64,000 nt of DNA from Sarea resinae. Its lineage: Eukaryota. The translations under genes were made by a program, and so were the position numbers. Within the stretch, counting starts at the first letter, position 1. Each line of letters opens with the position of its first letter. Under the pieces are notes generated by a model. The model searched no databases, had not been told where the DNA came from, and was given only the letters and a program-made list of their open reading frames with translations. The DNA is taken from contig JAPEUD010000036.1 of NCBI GenBank assembly GCA_026026165.1, positions 124,001 through 188,000 on the forward strand. Direction: 5' to 3'. This document shows, one piece after another, positions 26,083 through 38,830 of the stretch.

Positions 26083-27041
26083 TCCATCGATGATGATGGC
26101 AGGCGAGGCCATTCGCCCTGAATGGGAATGAATAGGATTCGGGTTATGAATAGGATCTTCGGACTTTCAATATGGTCGATCGGGGACGTGAATAGTGCTG
26201 GGACGGCGGGAGTTGGTGATTTACAGGAACTCTGAGCGTTTGCGTGGAAGATGGTGAATGGCTCAATACGACATCGCTCGGACTGCTCGGACTTACAATA
26301 GCATTCTGGACGGAAGGGGAACATTCAATAAGAACTCTATGCAAGCGGAAAATATGACAATAGCGGTACCGCTGGAGAGTGAATTTCGTCAACATTAAAT
26401 GAGAGGATGAGGGAATGGCATCTCGGGTCAGAGACTTGGATGAATGCTCAATACAGCATCACTACCGTCCACAATAACATCACGGCTGAGGGTTCAATAC
26501 TGTTATCTAGGAGAGGAAACGTCATAACGCATGGAGCGAGCTTACGGTGAATCTTACATCTGTGCCGTAGCACTAGGGAGTCAATAGCCATCTTTTCGTG
26601 TGTTGATAGGAAGGAACATAACATTATGAGTTGATGAAGAAGATCCTAGACTGCCTACAGTCTTGTGTCCCTGACGTGAAACTGACATCCCAGAATGCAA
26701 GAACTGGGGGCTGCTAGATATATCGTCAACGGACCAAAGGCCTCTTTTGTAGAACCATATGGAAGGCTACGGAATGGAAGAGGAGGCAGTGAATGTTGAA
26801 AATCGAAGATAGGGAAGCAGGTTCAAATGGGAATGATAAGTCTAGCTTAGCTTGAGCCTTCGACACGAGCATTGATGCGAAAAAGGGGCAACTGCACAGC
26901 TTCGAGGGACAGAGTATATCTCGAACTAGTGATGCTTTTATCGAATTTGATAGTCTAATCCATTCAAGGAAATGTACTTTTATATCCTCCCACAATATAG
27001 ACAATCTCGAAACGCCCTATTTAGATTATACTATCACATCT

Positions 27042-28363
<1,322 letters not shown>

Positions 28364-28496
28364 GATGGATGCAATTGCAAGAAGAGCAGAGAAAACCTGA
28401 GAGTAGAGAGACGAGTGTCAGGTGAAGCTGTCTCTCCAGTAGAGATTGATGTTTGAAGGTGTCGAGAAGGCGAATTGGAGTTGAAGATGGCCACAG

Positions 28497-28503
28497 TGAG
28501 TCA
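28497..28503. promoter_or_regulatory. Gcn4/CpcA response element TGAGTCA upstream of ARO4
   Basis: Perfect TGA(C/G)TCA about 135 bp upstream of the ATG of an amino-acid biosynthetic gene class known to be under cross-pathway control. Confidence 0.6.
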
Positions 28504-29180
28504 TGGAGGGGTCGAAGAAGTGAAAGAAGATCAACGTATGATGATTTGTGAATCACGACCGCATTATGCTCGTGGCTTGTGCGCTTCATAAAAATCATTG
28601 ATCGCTAAGGTACGACCACTCTACATAGTAGTACTCGTGTGGTCACGGTGTGGACGGAGTACATGGTGGATGACATGCAGGTACCGGCAGCTTTCTATGG
28701 CCCGGACGTGTAGATTCAGGTACCTCGGCCTCAGAGTACTACCTAGTATCCCTCTTATCGATGAGATGGAATGTGGGTAGAGAGCCCTGGAGGTATTGAC
28801 GTTGACGTTGACGTTCATGTTGATGTTGATGTTGATGTTGACGAGGTCCGTGTTCAATGCTGATGGTGCTTCATATCAGCATCTCCATCCGACCATAACA
28901 CTCGACTCCCCGTCTCTCGCGCCCTCACCTCCCGCTTTCCATTCTGCTTCCTGCTTCTACCCCGGATTTCCGGTCTGGTCTCACCTTCAGCCTCATCCCC
29001 TGCCGCCACTCTCGTCTCCACCCGAACCCTGACAATCCCCGCCAGCCAATGAGCGGATGCATACGAGAGAGCAAGACATGCCTTTGCCGCCCACAACAAT
29101 AGACTCAGCTGGGCCTTAAGACGGGCCAGCTTCCCATCCTGTTGCTATCTTCTCCATGTCAGAGAAACAACTTCAATGCC

Positions 29181-30127
29181 ATGCCGACTCTACTCGAGAA
29201 GAGACCTCGTGATGAGGACGTCGAAGGTGGTCATGGCAAGCTTGAGGGGCTGGACCATCAATCTCCGGTATGCACTCAACTTTATTATATTCTTCAAAGA
29301 TGAAGGAGACGAGGGGCCCGTAGCTAATTCTTCAGCAGAAGCGCCGGCGCATCCTCCCCATTCGCACCCCCCAAAAGCGCGCTCATCATCCGCTCCCCAA
29401 CTCTCTCTGCTCTAATCCTCTGCTCATAACCCCAGCGGACTCATCATCATCATCATCATCCTCCTCCTCTCCATCCATGAGCCCTTCCTGCACGGATACC
29501 CTGGAAGACGATGACGACGATGGCAATGACGACATCATCATCAACGCCACCACTAGCGAAGACTTTGACATGATCGACTCCCAACCCGCCTCTTCGCCCC
29601 TGCCTTGGTTCTCCCCGTCTCCTACAACACCAAACACAAACAACCCCGCTACAAATACCCGCATACCAACACCCATCCACCCATACTTCTCCCGCGCAGA
29701 CATCAACATGTCCGATCTTTCCCCCATCGGTAACGCCAACCCCGCCCCCACCTCCTGGCATGACCCCGGCCTCCTTACTTCATATACCGAATCTTGGAAC
29801 CCTGCGCCTCCGCGCGCACGCAGACTGCCGAGCCCCATCAGCGAAGGTGCCGACGATGATGATCTCAAATCGCCTGCTACGTCGTTGGCGAACGGCCTTC
29901 TCAAGGGGCTGGGGGTAAGTGATATGGAAGTCGAGGATGGCGAAGTCGCCTCCACAGTGACTCAAGAGCCAGGGACAGCCACAGCGAGAAGTGACAAGGC
30001 AAGCGTTGAATCATCAAGAGAAGGGGAGGGGAAGGGCAAGATGGTCTTCTCAATGGGCTTCCGAGCAGATTGCGAGAAATGCCGTATGCGTGTTCCGGGG
30101 CATTATAGTCATGTATTCCGCGTTTAA
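29181..30127 (+). CDS. Conserved fungal hypothetical protein, mostly disordered, with a C-terminal CxxC..H..H motif. Exons 29181-29267 and 29336 (or 29339)-30127
   Basis: MPTLLEKRPRDED.. spliced to KRRRILPIRTP; RIPTPIHPYF, RRLPSPISE, FSMGFRADCEKCRMRVPGHYSH; intron GTATGC..GCTAAT..CAGCAG. Confidence 0.78.
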
Positions 30128-30764
30128 GCCCGGGTCTCTTGTTATTACGTTCTGTTTCTCGGTGCATTCTTTATGATGCTCGATCAGGCGCGCATGTGGA
30201 CTGAGCATATTCCCTGTGATGATTGGAGTCTTGCGGGGCGCATGGGGTGCATATGAATATTGCTTACCCGCCAGAGGCCGGAGGGTTGGCGCATCATCCT
30301 ATACGTCTATTTCGTAGTATTTGCTGAGATGGTCATCGAATAATCACTGTACTAGGTATATAAGATAGGTGGTCATTGAGCATCTTGAGAATCAAACAGC
30401 ATTGCAATTGCACAGTATTTACAAGGCAAGAGCTTGTACCCTCGTACTGGCAGGCGCGACAACCGATATCGTATGCCGGCCCTAAGGCACGGTGTGCCGG
30501 TGTGGGGGAACGGCAATCATCCGTCCTTCCCCACACAACCATGGATCAGATCCGGTGTCTATGTTCAAGAGAGCACGCTCAGCCAGAGCGTTGCCCAGCA
30601 GGATCTCATGGACGATTAACCACGGCTGATCCATTTACGTATTCATTTTCGTAGCATTTATAGGGCGTTTGACGACATCTCTACCTTTTAGTCGGTCTTC
30701 TCCAGTGCTGAAAGGTTGACTCGACCATTCGAGGCGTTCAATCACCAACAGTCCAGATCTCGAA

Positions 30765-32106
30765 ATGGCCGGATTCGTCCAAAAGGGATTGAAGAATATC
30801 GTCCAGAAGAATCCCCAAGACATTGTCTTTCTATCCGCACTCCGCACTCCTGTCACTAGGGCCAAAAAAGGCGGTCTCAAAGATGCCTACCCAGAAGAAC
30901 TTCTCTACGCCGTACGCTGCCTCTCTTTGAATCCCCTTTCATAGTCTCAACCCCGAAAGAAGTTTCCCCCAGCAACAAACAGCAAATTGACACGTCACTT
31001 TCACCGTCTAGGTCCTTAAAGCCACCCTGTCACGAAGCCCTAACCTCGACCCTTCCCTGATCCAGGACGTCTCTGTTGGCACCGTCCTTCAAGAACTTGG
31101 CGGAGCGAAAGCGGGCCGCATGGCCCAGATCCACGCTGGATTTCCCTCCACCACTGCATTTCACACCGTCAATCGCCAATGCAGCTCCTCCCTCGCCGCC
31201 ATAACGACCATCGCGCATTCCATAGCCGTCGGTAGCATCGATATTGGCGTCGCAGCCGGCATGGAGAGCATGACGCGAAACTACGGCTCACGTGCCATTC
31301 CGACGGTGTTATGGCCGGAGCTGAGGGACTCTCAGGATAAGGAGGCCAGGGACTGTACCATGCCCATGGGTATCACATCGGAGAATGTTGCGGCGCGCTA
31401 TGGCATCTCTCGGGGGGACCAAGATGCCTTTGCAGCATCCTCGCACCAAAAAGCCGCCCACGCCCAGCGAGAGGGTCTCTTTGACTCCGAGATCATCCCG
31501 ATAACCACACGCTTCATTCCAGACCCCAGCGTCCCTGAAGACGAAACTACCATCACCGTGACCAAAGACGACGGCATCCGCCCGACCGCCACAGCGGCCT
31601 CTCTTGCAAAGCTCAAACCAGCGTTCTCAGAAACAGGCACCAGCACCGCGGGAAACAGCTCACAAGTCTCCGACGGCGCGTCAGCAGCGCTGATGATGCG
31701 CCGCTCGGTTGCACACTCCCTCGGCCTCTCGGGCTCCATCATAGGCAAATGGGCCGGCACACAAGTTGTGGGCTGCTCACCCGACGAGATGGGGGTAGGG
31801 CCTGCAGTTGCGATTCCCAAACTACTCGACTACACTGGTATCAAGCAGGACGAGGTCCACGTTTGGGAGATCAACGAGGCTTTTGCGAGCCAAGCGCTAT
31901 ATTGTGTCCGGAAACTCGGTATCGAGGAGGAGAAGGTGAATCCAAGGGGCGGAGCTATTGCGCTGGGGCATCCATTGGGCGCTACGGGGGCGAGGCAGTT
32001 GGCTACGCTGCTGGCGGAGATGGGGCAGGGAGAGGGAGAAGTGGGGGTGGTGAGTATGTGCATCGGGACGGGAATGGGGATGGCGAGTTTAGTCGTAAGG
32101 GAATAG
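30765..32106 (+). CDS. POT1: 3-ketoacyl-CoA thiolase (Pot1-like). Exons 30765-30911, 31012-32106
   Basis: [25 protein letters not shown] (catalytic Cys), [49 protein letters not shown]. Confidence 0.95.
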
Positions 32107-32900
32107 GTGACGAGCTAATGTCTCTTGCGTGAGAGCTGTGGAGAGAGGGGGAAGGACGAGAAAAAGGATGGATCTTTCGGTGGCCGAAGGGAGAAAATGT
32201 AGGGTTTCTGCATGAATATACTCGGGCTATGAGGGTGTTCACAGTAGGCGTTCGGTAACTGCAATGACTGTATTAGTCTTTGTAAACCGTTGGTAGCTTG
32301 CAACTGGCAATGATATGCGCACTTGTCTTTGAGGTTTGGTTGTGATTTTCGAATGGCCTCAACTCAGGTCCACTGTTTCGTTATCGAGGGGTCGCTATCG
32401 CTAATTCCGAAATGCCCGAAGAGGTAGTGCGTCTGCGCTGACGTCAGGGCGATATTGGAACGGTCTGGACTCATCCACCGTCGAGTAAATGGGTGTAAAC
32501 ATCATCATCACCTGTTGAATCTACGAATACCACGAATACCACGAATACCACGAACATCACGAACATCTCGAAGCCCTAGAATACCTGGAGTACCTACTCA
32601 CACAACTGATCTCTCTCGCCGCCATCCTTCAATCGTCCTCGTAATCACATAGACTGCCCGCCGGACCTGCGATCTGATGTGAGCGTGCTGATCAATCAAC
32701 ACACGATTGGATTACTCGGGGAACGTTGGTCATCGAGACGCCACGGTCAGATGCCGAGACAGCCGATTTGACCTTCATTCAAGACCGAGCCCTCCGGCCC
32801 CAAACATCGACATCTATTTGCTCTTCAACAGGCTCGTTACTTCGACCTCATCTCCCCGTAACCTCCAGTCTCAATCCTGCAACGCCTCCTCAATCCCAAC

Positions 32901-34150
32901 ATGGCTACCCTCGTCCCGCCGACCTCTCTGCCGTCGCTTTCCATTCCCGCCTCAACCTCGACGGTCAAAGTCTCGGTGATCAACACGACAACTCGCATAA
33001 AACTCCCCGCCGAGTTAATGGTCTCCCCCTCTTATCCAGGCTTTTCGCAGCTCGATGCTCCCGCTTTCTCCTTCCTCATCGAACACCCTTCTTCGGGCCG
33101 CCGTATCCTCTTCGACCTTGGCGTGCGCAAAGACCAGTCGAACTTTGCGCCCAGGATCAAGGATATGATTCAGCGGCCCGGGTGGGAAATCACCGTCGAG
33201 GACAATGTTGCTGATATCTTGAAGCAAGCAGATGTGGAGCTGGACAGCGTCGAGAGTATCATTTGGAGGTCTGGTTCTACTGCTTCTTGTCTAACGGCGT
33301 GCGCATACTGACATTCTACCCCAGCCACTGGCACTTTGACCACACGGGCGATCCCTCGACCTTTCCATCTAGCACCTCCCTCATCGTCGGCCCAGGTTTC
33401 AAAGAGAACTTCCTGCCCGCATACCCGACCAACCCTGACTCGCCTCTCCTCGACTCCGACTTTGCCAACCGGTCCGTGCAGGAACTCTCGTTTCCATCGT
33501 CGTCCTTGAAGATGGGCCGTTTCCAAGCGCTCGACTTCTTTGGCGACGGCTCCTTTTACATCCTCTCCGCCCCCGGCCACGCGATTGGCCACCTCATCGG
33601 TCTCGCCCGCACCACCACCGCCTCCTCGGCAGACGAGGACAGAGACAAGGACACCTTCATCCTCATGGGCGCAGACACGTGCCATCACGCGGGCGAGTTC
33701 CGCCCTACGCCCTACCTACCGCTGCCCCGGCAAATCGTGCCCAACCCGCTCCACGCGCACAGTCCCTCGCACGGCCACGGATACCACCACGCGCCGCCGC
33801 CGTGTCCTGGCGCGCTCTTCGAGGCCGCCAACCGTCGCGGGGCCCAAGATCCTTCCGGAACCTCCAACAAAGCCACAACGCCCTTCCTCGGCATCACCAT
33901 CCCGGCTGACGACCCCAGCAAGGGCGTCGCGCACGACCCCACGGCCGCGCTGGATTCCGTCGATGGCCTCACCGAGTTCGACGCCCATCCGCACATCTTC
34001 ACCGCCATCGCGCACGACGCGTCGCTGGTCGATGTCGTCAGGTTTTTCCCGGAGACGGCGAATGACTGGTTCGAGGAGGGCTGGAGGGAGCTGGCGCTCT
34101 GGCGCTTCTTGGGCGATTTGAGGGGCGGAGTCGATGGTGGGGAGAGGTGA
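32901..34150 (+). CDS. Metallo-beta-lactamase-fold hydrolase (AHL-lactonase-like fungal family). Exons 32901-33268, 33325-34150
   Basis: FSFLIEH..LFDLGVRKD, IIWSHWHFDHTGD (HxHxDH, formed across the intron), DFFGDGSFY.L..PGHA.GH, GAD.CHH.G, AHD. Confidence 0.93.
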
Positions 34151-34199
34151 GGTGGGTTCCTTGGTCAGTGGAGAATGAGATTGGTTGGAATGGAATAGC

Positions 34200-35310
34200 T
34201 AGGAGAGAGCAAGGAGAGCAAGGAGAGCAAGGAGAGCAAGGAGAGCAAAGAGAGTAAGGAGAGTCAAAAGAAGTGAGCGAGAGTGCAACGGCCACCAATG
34301 GTATCAATAAACCAATCAATCCAAGAAAAAAAAACAAAAAACAAAAATTGAAAGAGCAAAACTAAAACAATAAACTCAAGCAATCATATCATGAATAATC
34401 AAGGCCATCTTCTTCTTCCTCCTCTTCGTCTCTCTAGAATCGAGGAGAGAAAGGGGTGGAATAGAATTGAATGAAATAGGATAACATAGAAAAAGGGATA
34501 GCACTAAAGAAATCCCCCTCCCTCTCTCTCTCTCTCTCTCTCCCTCTCTCTAATAGCTCCTAGGGCTTGCGCCGGTACCAGAGAAATATTACTAGGTAAT
34601 ACTTGATCCGATCTGACCTAGTCTGATATAACCCAGTCTGCTCTGTTATATTTGTATCTTACCTTGGATAAGCTAGGGTACCTACTCTCCTTGCCCTGCG
34701 CTGCCTGACTCTCTGGCACTCTCTTGTCTTTTGTCTTTGAAGTTTTCTCTTTGCCCTTTTCTCTTCGCCCTTTGTCCTTTACTCTTACTCTTACTCCTCT
34801 GTCAAAGTCGGAAGTCAGAGTCAAGGTTAGAGATGGAAAAGAGTTGACGTTGGACTTGGAGTCAGAGTTGGAGTGTAGAGTTGGAGTTGGAGTTGGAGTT
34901 GGGGTGTAGACCTGAAGTTGAACTCGGAGGGAGAAACACCAAAAAAAAGAAAGAAAGAAAGAAAGAAAGAAATCACAACGACGAATCCAAATCCAAATCC
35001 AAATCCAATAAAATGGAATTGAACAGAAAGATTTTAAGATCAGAACCACTAGCACCTTGCACCGACGCCGATGCCGACGACTTTCACTGAGGATTTGAGC
35101 TCGATGTTGAGCTCGACGTTGGGGCTGGGGTTGGGTTGGAAGGGCATGGCATGGAATTGGGATTGGGATTGAGATTGAGATTGAGATTGAGATTGAGATT
35201 GAGATTGAGATTGGGTTGGGTTGGGTTGGGTTGGAACGGACTAGATTGGATTTCATCTTGAAGGATAGAACGCCTGGGCTGGACTGGACTGGACCGGACT
35301 GGACCGAGAG
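34200..35310. repeat. Microsatellite-dense intergenic zone: (GGAGAGCAA)n at about 34202, (CT)n about 34520, (GAGTTG)n about 34880, (GAAA)n about 34950, (GAGATT)n about 35170, (GGGTT)n, (GGACT)n
   Basis: Read directly from the sequence. Confidence 0.85.
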
Positions 35311-35399
35311 GAGGAAGATGAAGAGAAGTAGAGAGGTACAGCTTTTACAGAAATATAGACAAAATACAGGCTAGGGCCCCCGAGCGCCGAGGGAGGAGA

Positions 35400-35404
35400 G
35401 GGGG

Positions 35405-35439
<35 letters not shown>
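35400..35439. repeat. Poly-G tract (G7-A-G32)
   Basis: Read directly from the sequence. Confidence 0.9.
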
Positions 35440-35441
<2 letters not shown>

Positions 35442-35445
35442 AAGT

Positions 35446-36793
35446 CTAGTGCGCTACCAGCTCATCTCGTACATCACCACCACCACCGTCAACGTTGGCA
35501 GACGCACCCACACCCGCGCCGGCACGCGTAGAAGGAGAAGAAGAAACTGTTGCTGCTGCTACTGCTGCTGCTCCGGAGGCGGCAATGGTGGAGTCCCGGG
35601 ATGAAGAGGAGAGCGGCATGTAGGCTCGGCGTTGGCGGGCGGTCTGTGAGAGAGAGGCGCAAGGGGGGGTGTACGTTAGTTTTTCTGATCTTGTCTTGTT
35701 TGTGGGGTCTGTGGGGTTTGTTGGCGGGGGAGAGGTGGAGAAAGGGAAAGGTGTGGAGAGGGTGGAGAGGCGTTTCGGGTGGGTTGGGGGTTAGGGGGCT
35801 GGGCAGTTCGAATGTGTGTCTGAGGCGGGATGTGGGGAGGGAGGAAAACGAGGAAGGTTCGAGTAGGAAAACGGAGCGGCAAAGAGGAAATACGTCGGCA
35901 TAGCCGCGATAAAAAAGCAAAGGAGGACGCACCTCGATCCAACGCTCCGCGTGCGGCTTGATCGCCGCGTAGACGAGCAGGCCCACGGTCGCGATTATGA
36001 AGATGAAGACTACGGCCTCGTCTTTGGCGCTGTCGCGTTCTGTGGCTCCGGGTTAGTATGCGTGTGCTTGGTTTTACTTGGGTTTCTTTCTTTGGGATTT
36101 AGAGTGGAGGGATATCTCGTGGTGTTGTCTTCTTCTTCTGGAGATAGCGATATGAAGGGAGAGGAAATCGGACCGAACGCTGAGAGAGAACTTGGAAGAA
36201 AACAAAGAGAATATATCACTCCACATACGGAAACACGTCGTAAACACATCCTGCTCCCGCATGCCCTTGCAGAACGGCAGGTTATAATCCAGACAGAACT
36301 GCCGATTGCAGTCCGCACAAGTGCCTGCGGCGCCGCCTACAGGCAACCCCGAGCCCGAGCCTGGGCCCGGTTTCCCGCCTGGTTTTTGCCCGCCGGAGCC
36401 GGTCTTCCCGTTTCCATTGCCGTTTCCATTGCCGTTGGTGTTGGGGTCGGGCGCCGGGATTGGGTCTCGTTTGGGGAAGAGCAGGGAGTGGTGGGATGAG
36501 TCTTGCGAGTTGGTGTTGGTGTTGGATTTGGAGTGCGGATGGGTGAGCGGGATGATGGTGCTGTTGCTGCCGCAGGTGCATTTGCAGAAGGATGTTGGTG
36601 CTGTTGGTTGCGCCAGTGCCGTTTGTCAGTGGGCTTTAAATTAAACAGCATGCTAGTGTGGAGGTAGATACGTGACTACGATTGCGAGGGAGAGGAGCGG
36701 GGTTTGGGACGTACATGCGCTCCAGACCAGAGGGAGGAAAGTGAGGACAGCTAAGAAGAGGAAGAGAGGGTTATGGGACGCCGAGGGGCGCAT
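35446..36793 (-). CDS. Small Cys-rich type I membrane protein, conserved fungal hypothetical, 251 aa. Exons 36793-36715, 36600-36229, 36039-35933, 35643-35446
   Basis: Signal peptide MRPSASHNPLFLFLAVLTFLPLVWSA; FCKCTCGSNSTIIPL; TCADCNRQFCLDYNLPFCKG..VFTTCFQRDSAKDEAVVFIFIIATVGLLVYAAIKP (TM). Exon sum 756 nt. The ORF track misses it as a single unit. Confidence 0.85.
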
Positions 36794-37452
36794 CTTGCGC
36801 TGTCGTGTCTTCGTACGCCGGGTGGCTCTCGTTTGGAGCAGGCTATAGTGTGTGGTGTCTTATTGGCATGCCCATTCTTGCTATGGTAGCGGATAACGAA
36901 TGCGGTCACGACAGTCGGATGGGAGCTGTACTGTTGTTGCGCCGTTGGTGTTGATGATGATGATGATGAGCGGCGCGATTGACGCTTGCGCGGGCTCGCT
37001 TCTCGCGGCAGATTGCCGAGCGAGCGGAGCGGAGCGGATCATCTTCAATGTGGCAGCACGAGGTACTCCGGACTAAATCCATCTGGACTGTTTATTTACC
37101 CTGTCGATGCGCCTGATCCACGCAGTATTGGCATAGTTGAGATCTTGCATTGATGCTCAATATATCGATTTCCAAGAAGACTGACCTTTGCAAAGTCCGC
37201 CGTCTGGTCAACTGTGATTCATCCACAGCATCTACTGATCGTCTATCTGATTGATAACGATGATAATGCGGGGTGACTGATGTGACGCTGGACGACGGAT
37301 CGGCTGTCGCTGATCCGCCCCTCTATCATGACAAATCCAGCCCTGCAAGCAACAAACCCACCCCAAGACCTTCGAGTTCCATCGGCTTCACTCTTGCTCA
37401 ATCAAAAGGAACCTCATACTCTCCTTGCAGTGCGTGCGTGACCTGACACGGA

Positions 37453-38298
37453 ATGGCATCCAAACTCCTCATAGTCGTCGGCTCTGGCCCCGGCATAGGC
37501 GTCGGCACCGCCTCCGTCTTCGCCGCCAACGGCTTCACGCACATTGCTCTGCTCTCGCGCAACGCGGAGCGTCTCCTCACCGACGCCAAGACGGTCCAGC
37601 AGAGCACACCCGCAGCGCATGTAACGACCCATCCTGTCGACGTTGCCGATAGCGCCAAGTTGGGCGAGGTGCTGAAGGCGATAGAAGGCGAGCTGGGAGC
37701 GCCCGAGTGCGTCTTATATAATGCGAGTAAGCTGGGCTTGAGCGAGGTGGGCGAGTATAGCGTGGAGGACTATCTGGAAGACTTCAAGGTTCGTTTCCGC
37801 TGCTTCTCCATGTCGCTGTCTTGGGTCCTGGTCTGTCCCATCAAGAGGTTCAGTCAGCAATGTTGATATTAACGATCAACCACTTGATCTCTCTGTGTCC
37901 ACGCCTTCGTCAGTTCGCTCATAGACACTGACAGAACACAGATCGCGAACGTGGGCCTCTACCAAACGGCCACATGGGCCTTGCCACTCCTCGTCTCTCA
38001 GCACAAAAAGTCACCAACCTCGCACCCCTCCTTCTTCATAACAAACGGCTCCCTCTACTTCAACCCACGGCCCGCCATCTTTTCTCTTGCCGTGCAAAAA
38101 GCAGCGCAATACTCGCTCTCCAAGTCCCTGGCCGCCAAATACGGTCCGGAGGGCGTGCACGTGGGGACCGTGGTAGTGGGTGTGCGAGTGTCCCCAGACA
38201 GCGAAGAGGCGAGTCCGACGAAGATCGGAACGGAGTTCCTGACGTTGTATTCGCAGCCCGAGGATAAGTGGGAATTCGAGAGGAGAGTGGGCTGTTGA
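37453..38298 (+). CDS. Short-chain dehydrogenase/reductase, atypical (no catalytic Tyr). Exons 37453-37788, 37942-38298
   Basis: IVVGSGPGIG, ALLSRN..RL, VDVAD, VLYNAS, FSLAVQKAAQ, GVHVGTVVV. Confidence 0.9.
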
Positions 38299-38830
38299 AG
38301 GATTTCTAGCAAGGGAGTAAAGGTCAAAGAGGGCCGAACCGCATATGATGCACATCAGGGGCTTGCAAGCGCGATTACTGTAGTCAGGGATCAAAACTGC
38401 ACGAGAATAAAACAAATCGAGTTTTTTTTCAAAGATCGAAAACAACCTTTATCTCATACTCCTAAATCCAGGGCCATGCAGGTCCTGCAGCACAGGAGCC
38501 GTGTGATACCACATAAAGTAGACAGAACAACAGATAGCTCCCTTACTAATCTAAACATCCATCAAACCAAAGCATAGTAACAAAGTGGTGTAAGCATGGC
38601 TATTCGTAGCAATAATCCAAAACATCGGCAACTGATAAGCCTGGTGGTAGTGCCGGTCGAACACCTTCCAGTCCACAAAGGAGGGAAGGAATACATAAAG
38701 TCCCAGAAAAAGACCACGGCACAGATCCCTCCCATCCCATCCCATCCCCTCCATCCCATCCCTCCATCCAACGCTCAGCGCTGCAGCCATTTACACTCCC
38801 TCATCCGCTCCCCCCGCCCCAAACCCACAG

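Noticed and set aside
32050..32135. Cryptic intron near the thiolase stop that might create a PTS1
   Set aside because: The donors lie in conserved coding sequence, the acceptors are weak GAG, and the GTAAGG-based intron would be only about 40 nt.
34618..35256. 212-aa minus-strand ORF
   Set aside because: It is a translation of microsatellites (ISISIS, WIWIW, TPTPT) with no protein-like content.
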